Assembly: GCA_963790825.1 (NCBI GenBank) | Contig: CAWBPM010000003.1 | Span: 317,681-381,680 of the forward strand | Length of the DNA: 64,000 bases | DNA from: Candidatus Levyibacteriota bacterium | Lineage (GTDB): Bacteria > Patescibacteriota > Microgenomatia > Levybacterales > UBA12049 | Direction of reading: 5' to 3' | In this document: positions 57,668 to 64,000 of the stretch, piece by piece | Layout: every line of letters begins with the position of its first letter | Numbering within the stretch: position 1 is the stretch's first letter | Notes under the pieces: model-generated | Seen by the model: the letters and a program-made list of their open reading frames with translations, nothing else | Database searches by the model: none | What the model was told of the DNA's origin: nothing | Made by a program: the position numbers and the translations under genes

Positions 57668-57698
57668 AGCACGACCTTATCATAGCAAAAATCTCAGG

Positions 57699-58457
57699 CT
57701 AGGGAGTTAGTATCCTGGTACCGTTTTTTGTAATTGCGATGCTTCGCTCGAAGACGGCAGAGAGACTGCTGTCTTCGGTCACAATTGTCCAACCGTCACG
57801 GTTAGCAGAATAGACAACTTCAGATCCTCCCATATTGTAAATAACCTCAATTGCAATTGTCATACCGACTTTTAGAAGCGGTGTTTTTTCAATTGGTTGA
57901 TCCAAAAAGCCCGGCACTTCAGGATCTTCATGCAGTTCCCGGCCTACGCCGTGACCGATAAGGCTTCTAGTTACCGAATAATGATTATCCTTCTCAATAA
58001 TATCCTGAATCGTTTTTGAGATATGACCGATACGGTTTCCTACTTTTGCTTGTTTTACTCCCTCGGCAAGTGCTAATTTTCCGACTTGCAAAAACTTTTC
58101 AACATCTGGTGGTATTTTTCCCACGGCGACTGTCTCACACATATCCGTATGCAGTCCGCCGTAAAATACTCCACAATCAATATCGACAATATCGCCCACT
58201 TTTAGTTTCCTCTGCGTCGGAATTCCATGCACCACGACATCGTTAGTACAAATACATGTTGCGTGGTGATATCCTTTCACTTTTTTAAACCCCGGGAATC
58301 CACCTTTTTTTGTAATTAATCTATCTGCCAACTGGTCGAGCTCTAATTCAGTCACACCAGGCCGTACAGCGCGACATACTTCCCACATAGTTTGGGAAAG
58401 TATTTTTCCACCTATTATCATTGCTTCAATTTGTTCCGCTGTTTTAATATGAATCAT
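57699..58457 (-). CDS. map: type I methionine aminopeptidase
   Basis: Metal-ligand pattern D...D...H...E...E. ...HGVGRELHEDP... About 252 aa. Confidence 0.9.
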   Translation of the reverse strand: MIHIKTAEQIEAMIIGGKILSQTMWEVCRAVRPGVTELELDQLADRLITKKGGFPGFKKVKGYHHATCICTNDVVVHGIPTQRKLKVGDIVDIDCGVFYGGLHTDMCETVAVGKIPPDVEKFLQVGKLALAEGVKQAKVGNRIGHISKTIQDIIEKDNHYSVTRSLIGHGVGRELHEDPEVPGFLDQPIEKTPLLKVGMTIAIEVIYNMGGSEVVYSANRDGWTIVTEDSSLSAVFERSIAITKNGTRILTP

Positions 58458-58504
58458 AGTTTTTTCTTATTATAATTGAATGGATAAGAACCATCGTTCA
58501 TGTA

Positions 58505-59201
58505 TTATACAGGATATAATCTCCTTTTTTGTAACTCTTTCATGGCTAATTTTACCGTCTGTCCTTCTGATAATTTTGAATCATCAAGAATGAAATATCT
58601 ATATTGTTTGGGATTTGCAACAAGAGGAAACTTTGGACGTTTCATGTCTCGTTCGTCTCGCTTTTTGATATCATTCGCAATGTCTGCCAGAGAAATATTG
58701 GTAATTCCTTTTTCTTTCCATTGGTCTAAACGTCTTTGTGCGCGGACGCTTAAATCTGCTGTTAAATATATTTTCATCGCAGCATCGGGAAATATTGCTG
58801 TTCCAGCGTTTCTTCCTTCAATAAGAACAATACTGCCTTGGTTTACTTTCTCTTTTGCGATTAATCGCTGTCTTCTTACCATTTCCACCTGAACATCGTC
58901 AAATACCGCAACCTGAGAAGATCCATTTGAAACCTCTGTTGTACGAATTACCTTACTTACATCCTCTTTATTCAGTAACACTCGTTTTCCCAGAAGAACA
59001 ATTTTAATATGCTTCATCGCGTCTACTACTTCTTTTTTACTCGTTAGATTAATCTTATTTCTAAGACAGAAGAGTGCTAAACAGCGGAAAAAAATTCCCG
59101 TATCAAGATAAAAACCGCTTAATTTTGAGGCTAAAAAGGGGAGTTAGGGTGCCTTTTCCTGAGGCAACAGGTCCGTCAATCGCAATTACAAATCCTTGCA
59201 T
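58505..59201 (-). CDS. cmk: cytidylate kinase, interrupted by an apparent +1 frameshift in an A5/T5 homopolymer at about 59134-59142
   Basis: N-terminal MQGFVIAIDGPVASGKGTLTPL (P-loop) in one frame (59201 to about 59140). Continuation ASKLSGFYLDTGIFFRCLAL...MKHIKIVLLGKRV... runs into the 170-aa ORF in the other frame. Confidence 0.65.
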
Positions 59202-59205
59202 ATGT

Positions 59206-59751
59206 TTATTTTTTAATTTTTGACAGAATTTCTTTGTGAATGTGTTCAATGCTTTGTTCGCCATCAATTTCATGAAGCTTATGTTGTTTTTTGTAGAATT
59301 CTATCACCGGCTCGGTATGTGTATGGAAAAGCTCGATCCGTTTCAGAATTGCTTTCAACGTTACGTCATTACGTGTCTCTCCCTCATTTTCTCTGCCCGC
59401 CAACCGCCATAGCGCTTCCTTATCCGATACCCTTAGATAGAACACGTAATCGATATGATTTTTAAATTGCTCTGCTTGCTTTACGGTTCTAGGAAAACCA
59501 TCAAGAATAAATCCATCTGCATATTCAGAGTGATGCAAATACTCAGTTACTATCGTAAGCGTTTTATGATCAGGAACCAGGTAACCGGCACTTGTCAGCT
59601 TTTTAATATACTGACCAAGCGGCGTATGTTCCTGAGACAAAATACGGAAAATATTACCGGTTGAGAGATAAGGAATATGCAACTTTTCAGAGAGTAAATT
59701 CCCCTGTGTTGATTTCCCGGAACCTTGTATGCCGATGATAATTATTTTCAT
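59206..59751 (-). CDS. adk: adenylate kinase (short form)
   Basis: MKIIIIGIQGSGKSTQGNLL. LID region absent or short. Confidence 0.9.
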   Translation of the reverse strand: MKIIIIGIQGSGKSTQGNLLSEKLHIPYLSTGNIFRILSQEHTPLGQYIKKLTSAGYLVPDHKTLTIVTEYLHHSEYADGFILDGFPRTVKQAEQFKNHIDYVFYLRVSDKEALWRLAGRENEGETRNDVTLKAILKRIELFHTHTEPVIEFYKKQHKLHEIDGEQSIEHIHKEILSKIKK

Positions 59752-59752
59752 G

Positions 59753-61042
59753 TTATTTATTTAAAAAACCTTCGTAATTACGCGTGACCAGACTCGCCTC
59801 AACTGCTTTAAATGTCTCCAGAACTACGCTTACAACGATAAGAATTCCTGTCCCGCCGAGAAGTAAAGTCTGTATGCCGGTAACAGCCCGGGCAATTGAG
59901 GGAAAAATTGCAATAATGCCTAAAAATATCGCGCCTGCCAGAGTAATTCTGGTTAAAATATAGTTGAGATACTTGGAGGTTTCTGTTCCCGGTCTGACAC
60001 CCGGAATAAAGCCACCATACTTTTGGATTTCATCGGCAATTTTTTTCGGATTGAAAATAACTGCCGTATAGAAATAGGTAAAGCCAACTACAAGTATGAA
60101 ATAGATAACGTTATATGAAATACTATTCTGGTTAAACCAGACGGATAGGAATTGGCCGACCGAGCTAAGCATGGCGTTTTTTGACGCTACAAAGTAGCTA
60201 CCGAGCAAGGAAGGCAGCAAAACGAGTGATACCGCAAAGATAATCGGTATTACCCCCGCCTGATTCAATCTGAGAGGCAAATGTGTAGATTCTCCTCCAT
60301 AGAGTTTGTTTCCCCGCATACGTTTCGCGTAATGCACGGTAATTTGCCTGGTCGCTTCATTAACAAGAATAATTGAAGAGATTACCACTAGACCCAAAAC
60401 AGCAAAGACAATAATATTAAAGGTACTTTGGCTAGTAGAAGCAGATGCTGTCTGGCCGAAAGCCACGGGAATTCTCCCCACAATACCGGCAAAAATAAGC
60501 AGTGATATGCCGTTTCCGACACCGTATTCGGTGATAAGCTCGCCAAACCAGACTAAAAGTATAGTACCGGCAGTCATAGTGAGAAGAAACGTTAATAGGT
60601 GAAGGGGATCAAGATTCGTAATAATTCCTTGACTGTGAAGAAGCGCATACATTCCGACAGCTTGCAGTGCAGCCAGGGGAACGCTTAAAAATCGGGTATA
60701 TTGGTTAATTTTTCGCCTGCCTGATTCCCCTTCTTTCTGCAATTCTTCCAGTTTTGGAAATACCATCGTTAACAGCTGGAGAATAATTGAAGCATTGATA
60801 TAAGGATTAAGTCCTAAAGCCATGATTGAGAAATTGGCCAAGGTTCCGCCGGAAAAAATATCTAAAAGTCCCAGGAATTGATTCTGGGAAAAAAGATTTT
60901 TCAATTGCGCCACATTTACACCCGACACCGGGATATGTGCAAAGATACGGAAAACGAAAAAGATCATTAGTGTAAATAGGATTTTCTTCCGAACCTCAGG
61001 GGTTTGGTAAATATTTCGGATAATAGAAAAAAATTTGTTCAT
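59753..61042 (-). CDS. secY: preprotein translocase subunit SecY
   Basis: 10-TM profile with conserved SecY segments (...[11 protein letters not shown]...). 429 aa. Confidence 0.9.
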   Translation of the reverse strand: MNKFFSIIRNIYQTPEVRKKILFTLMIFFVFRIFAHIPVSGVNVAQLKNLFSQNQFLGLLDIFSGGTLANFSIMALGLNPYINASIILQLLTMVFPKLEELQKEGESGRRKINQYTRFLSVPLAALQAVGMYALLHSQGIITNLDPLHLLTFLLTMTAGTILLVWFGELITEYGVGNGISLLIFAGIVGRIPVAFGQTASASTSQSTFNIIVFAVLGLVVISSIILVNEATRQITVHYAKRMRGNKLYGGESTHLPLRLNQAGVIPIIFAVSLVLLPSLLGSYFVASKNAMLSSVGQFLSVWFNQNSISYNVIYFILVVGFTYFYTAVIFNPKKIADEIQKYGGFIPGVRPGTETSKYLNYILTRITLAGAIFLGIIAIFPSIARAVTGIQTLLLGGTGILIVVSVVLETFKAVEASLVTRNYEGFLNK

Positions 61043-61485
61043 GAAGCTAAGTCAACTTTTCCTCCAGCTTGTTCAATTTTAGATCGTGCGCCTTTAGAAA
61101 TCGGGAGTGTTACGGTTAATGCTTTTGTTATTTCTCCATCGCCTAGAATTTTCACTCCGAATTTATTTGCTTCCTTTTCCTCGACAATCCGATTTGCAAT
61201 AAGCGTTTTTATATTAACACTACTGCCTACGGGCAGAAGATTAAGTACTTTAACATTAACAGTTATTGGCTTTCTTTTAAACGTGTTATTTTTCCCTTTT
61301 CCCCTCCTAAAAGGAAGACGTTTAATTAAAGGGAGTGCTCCTCCCTCAAAAGATAGCTTAATTTTCGTCCGGGCTTTCTGTCCTTTTGTTCCGCGTCCGG
61401 CAGTTTTTACTCTTCCCGAACCATGACCTTGTCCTAGTCTGCGTTTCTTTTTGCTTGTTATTTTTTTTAAATCGGTTAAATTCAT
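61039..61485 (-). CDS. rplO: 50S ribosomal protein L15
   Basis: MNLTDLKK...[25 protein letters not shown]. Confidence 0.95.
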   Translation of the reverse strand: MNLTDLKKITSKKKRRLGQGHGSGRVKTAGRGTKGQKARTKIKLSFEGGALPLIKRLPFRRGKGKNNTFKRKPITVNVKVLNLLPVGSSVNIKTLIANRIVEEKEANKFGVKILGDGEITKALTVTLPISKGARSKIEQAGGKVDLAS

Positions 61486-61489
61486 ATGT

Positions 61490-61987
61490 TTATTTTTGTT
61501 TTAGCTGATCGCGTTCCTGATATCTCTTGCTTAGAAGACGGAGTGCTTCGAGTGTCGCATAGACATTACTGGCTTGATTCTTGGTTCCCAAAACTTTGGA
61601 TGAAATATTTTGAATACCTGCAGCTGATACAACACTTCTTATTGCACCGCCTGCAATAACACCCGAACCGACCGGTGCGGGCTTGAGCATAATCTTTGCC
61701 GCGCCAAGCTTCAGATCAATTCGGAAGGGAATGGTTCCTTTAATAATCGGTACTTCAATTAAATGTTTTCTGGCTAAAAGAATTCCTTTTCTGATAGCAT
61801 TTGACACATCAGGGGCTTTACCAAGTCCGACGCCGACTTTGCCATTTTTGTCCCCTACCACTGCGAGGGCTGAAAATCCAATTTTGTTTCCTCCTTTAGT
61901 TTTTTTAGAAACCCGGTTAATCTTTACTACTTGCTCTGCGAAATTATCTTTCGGCTGATTATAATCTGTATTTCTTGGTCTATCCAT
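61490..61987 (-). CDS. rpsE: 30S ribosomal protein S5
   Basis: ...VVKINRVSKKTKGGNKIGFSALAVVGDKNGKVGVGLGKA... Confidence 0.95.
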   Translation of the reverse strand: MDRPRNTDYNQPKDNFAEQVVKINRVSKKTKGGNKIGFSALAVVGDKNGKVGVGLGKAPDVSNAIRKGILLARKHLIEVPIIKGTIPFRIDLKLGAAKIMLKPAPVGSGVIAGGAIRSVVSAAGIQNISSKVLGTKNQASNVYATLEALRLLSKRYQERDQLKQK

Positions 61988-61988
61988 A

Positions 61989-62342
61989 TTAGAATATCAA
62001 TCCTCCTTCTCTTGCGCCGTCTGCAACGCCCTTTATTCTTCCGTGATATGCATAAGATCCCTTATCAAATACCACTTTTGTAATTTTCTTTGCCGTTGCC
62101 CTCTTGGCTAAATATTTCCCGAGCTCCAAGGCTTGTTTTGTTTTTGTTGTATCTTTCCCGGACATTTTCTCTATTTCTTTATATGATACTCCCAGCAAGG
62201 TCTTTCTCGCTATGTCATCAATTAATTGAGCATATATCCCTTTATTTGAACGAAATACCGTAAGCCTAGGCATTTTTGCTGTCCCTTTAATTTTTTTTCT
62301 GATTCTTATTTGTCTTTTTATTTTTTGTGCATGTTTATTCAT
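61989..62342 (-). CDS. rplR: 50S ribosomal protein L18
   Basis: ...PRLTVFRSNKGIYAQLIDD... Confidence 0.9.
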   Translation of the reverse strand: MNKHAQKIKRQIRIRKKIKGTAKMPRLTVFRSNKGIYAQLIDDIARKTLLGVSYKEIEKMSGKDTTKTKQALELGKYLAKRATAKKITKVVFDKGSYAYHGRIKGVADGAREGGLIF

Positions 62343-62343
62343 A

Positions 62344-62913
62344 TTATTTTACTCCGACTGCCTTGGCTGCTTTCCCGGCTTTTCTGCGGATTTGTTCACC
62401 CTTATATTTAATTCCTTTCCCCTTATAAGGTTCAGGTGCCTTAATGTCTCGTATTTTTGCAGCGACTTGCCCAACCAGTGCTTTATCCATTCCTGAGATA
62501 CTAATAACGTTTTCTGACACGGAAATGGTAATGCCTGTAGGTGTTTTAAATTTAACCGGATGTGAATACCCTAACGATAATACCAGGTCAGATCCCTGCA
62601 TCAGAGCACGGTATCCGACACCTGATAATTCCAGTTTTTTCTCAAAATTTATATCCACACCTTTTACAATATTTGCCAGATTTGCGCGAGTTAAACCAAA
62701 AAGCGCCCGTGTCTCAGGATCGTTTGTTTGCTTCTGCTTCACTGCTAATTTCCCTTCCTGAAATAATACCTCCAGACTCTGCGGTACGGTATACATGCCC
62801 TCACCTTTAGGACCATGAATATTTACGTTCTGACCGGTAATTGCTACCGTTATTCCGTCTTTTACAATAATTGGCATTTTTCCTATTTTTGACATAATTT
62901 TTTTAAATAACAA
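62344..62913 (-). CDS. rplF: 50S ribosomal protein L6 (likely start MSKIGKMPI at about 62895)
   Basis: MSKIGKMPIIV...two L6 alpha/beta repeats. Confidence 0.9.
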   Translation of the reverse strand: MLFKKIMSKIGKMPIIVKDGITVAITGQNVNIHGPKGEGMYTVPQSLEVLFQEGKLAVKQKQTNDPETRALFGLTRANLANIVKGVDINFEKKLELSGVGYRALMQGSDLVLSLGYSHPVKFKTPTGITISVSENVISISGMDKALVGQVAAKIRDIKAPEPYKGKGIKYKGEQIRRKAGKAAKAVGVK

Positions 62914-62997
62914 ATTCTAATTTCCTTTCGGCATGAGCTCAAGGCAGAATGCTAAATCCTAAACATTTTTTTAATTTGTTTAGAATTTCTTCTAAAG

Positions 62998-63387
62998 TTA
63001 CCATATTTGGAAAAGAAGCTCTCCTCCGACTCCTTTTTTCGCTGCCTCCTTTCCTGTCATAATTCCCTGACTGGTTGAGAGAATCGTAGTCATGGATCTA
63101 TTTTGACTCTTTCCCAGCATTTTCATTCCTGTATATACACGAAGTGACGGCTTGGAAACAATTGCGACGCCGCCAATTACTGTTTTTCGCTGTACCAACC
63201 TAAGCATAGCTTTCAGCTGTTTCTTTCCTTCTATTGTTTCTAAAGTTATACTTGCGAGAAAGCCTTCTTTAACAAGTACTTTTCCAATCTGTAAATTAAT
63301 ATTGGAATAGGGCATTTTAACCTCACTGCGCCGTGCTCTTGCTGCATTTTTAATTCGTATAATAAAATCTGCTACATGATATTCCAT
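62998..63387 (-). CDS. rpsH: 30S ribosomal protein S8
   Basis: ...DFIIRIKNAARAR... Confidence 0.95.
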   Translation of the reverse strand: MEYHVADFIIRIKNAARARRSEVKMPYSNINLQIGKVLVKEGFLASITLETIEGKKQLKAMLRLVQRKTVIGGVAIVSKPSLRVYTGMKMLGKSQNRSMTTILSTSQGIMTGKEAAKKGVGGELLFQIW

Positions 63388-63399
63388 ATATTTTTTCCT

Positions 63400-63597
63400 T
63401 TACCAACTTGATTTAAATACTCCCGGTAACTCACCTTTCATAGCGCGTTCGCGAAAACAAAGCCTGCATAGGCCAAATCTACGCATGTACCCACGACTTC
63501 TGCCGCAAATACCACAACGGTTTACCATCCGCACCTCAAAACGTTGTTTTCTCTTAAATTTAACTATATCTGATGTTTTTGCCATAACGCTTTGCAA
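63400..63597 (-). CDS. rpsN: 30S ribosomal protein S14 type Z (zinc-binding)
   Basis: [23 protein letters not shown] (C4 zinc ribbon). 65 aa. Confidence 0.9.
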   Translation of the reverse strand: MQSVMAKTSDIVKFKRKQRFEVRMVNRCGICGRSRGYMRRFGLCRLCFRERAMKGELPGVFKSSW

Positions 63598-63637
63598 TTA
63601 TAATGAGTGCTGAGCTTAAATACAAGCTTCACCCCCT

Positions 63638-64000
63638 CTATTTACTCTCTCCTTTCGCAAACGGCATACCGAGTGTTTCAAGCAGACTCATTCCTTCTTC
63701 AGGTGTTTTTGCAGTTGTGACAATAACGATTTCCATTCCTTGCGTGCGGTCAACTGTCGCTATGTCAACTTCAGGGAAAACTGCATATTCACTAAGACCC
63801 AGCGTATAATTGCCTTTTGTATCAAAACTCGTCCGGCTCACACCACGAAAATCTTTCAAACGAGGCATGACAATATTTGTCAGTTTTTCAAAGAATGCGT
63901 ACATACGCTTCCCCCGAAGTGTTACTACAACACCGATTGGATCACCTTGACGAAGCTTAAATGTTGCGATTGATTTTTTAGCATGGGTGATTTTCGGTTT
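63638..64000 (-). CDS. rplE: 50S ribosomal protein L5 (5-prime partial; continues beyond the window end)
   Basis: The upstream in-frame translation ...[38 protein letters not shown]... continues past the Met reported in the ORF track, to the window edge. Confidence 0.85.
   Translation of the reverse strand, partial: KPKITHAKKSIATFKLRQGDPIGVVVTLRGKRMYAFFEKLTNIVMPRLKDFRGVSRTSFDTKGNYTLGLSEYAVFPEVDIATVDRTQGMEIVIVTTAKTPEEGMSLLETLGMPFAKGESK

Overview
The window looks like a contig from a Candidate Phyla Radiation (Patescibacteria, Microgenomates/Parcubacteria-like) bacterium. It has about 38-42% GC, densely packed short genes with many 4-nt start/stop overlaps, and a ribosomal-protein cluster in which L30 is absent between S5 and L15. 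It carries three paralogous membrane proteins with a GT39/PMT-like N-terminus and a TPR-repeat C-terminus, and many small hypothetical secreted or membrane proteins. Layout: (i) 1-6.2 kb is a markedly lower-GC (about 30%) accessory island. It holds two divergent operons: MazG-like pyrophosphohydrolase / DUF2075 nuclease-ATPase / RadC on the minus strand, and Fic AMPylase / Cas4-like PD-(D/E)xK nuclease / HExxH protein on the plus strand. The two operons share a promoter region with operator-like palindromes. This is the best candidate for an undescribed defence or conflict system. (ii) 6.2-12.4 kb holds small compositionally heterogeneous ORFs separated by a family of short hairpin-containing intergenic repeats. 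(iii) 11.4-22 kb holds envelope and housekeeping genes (CDP-alcohol phosphatidyltransferase, solute-binding protein, VanW, tsaD, rmuC). (iv) 22.9-25.8 kb is a UvrD-helicase-Cas4-nuclease fusion. (v) It is followed by RNase P RNA, a four-helix-bundle gene, hup, a grx/arsR pair, rhodanese genes, rny, recX, recA and tRNA-Pro(GGG). An IS1595-like element with perfect 20-bp TIRs sits immediately 3-prime of tRNA-Pro. (vi) 34-50 kb has an FAD oxidoreductase, an orphan Cas4-like nuclease, two of the TPR/GT39 paralogs, FKBP, dus, an Erm-like rRNA methyltransferase adjacent to an IS30 element, and obg. (vii) 51.3-64 kb is the ribosomal protein / rpoA / secY / adk / cmk / map / infA cluster on the minus strand. 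The third TPR/GT39 paralog is inserted between map and infA, and cmk is frameshifted. No CRISPR array, rRNA, tmRNA or SRP RNA was recognised by eye. All annotations rest on motif-level reading of the six-frame translations and the DNA itself; no database searches were run.
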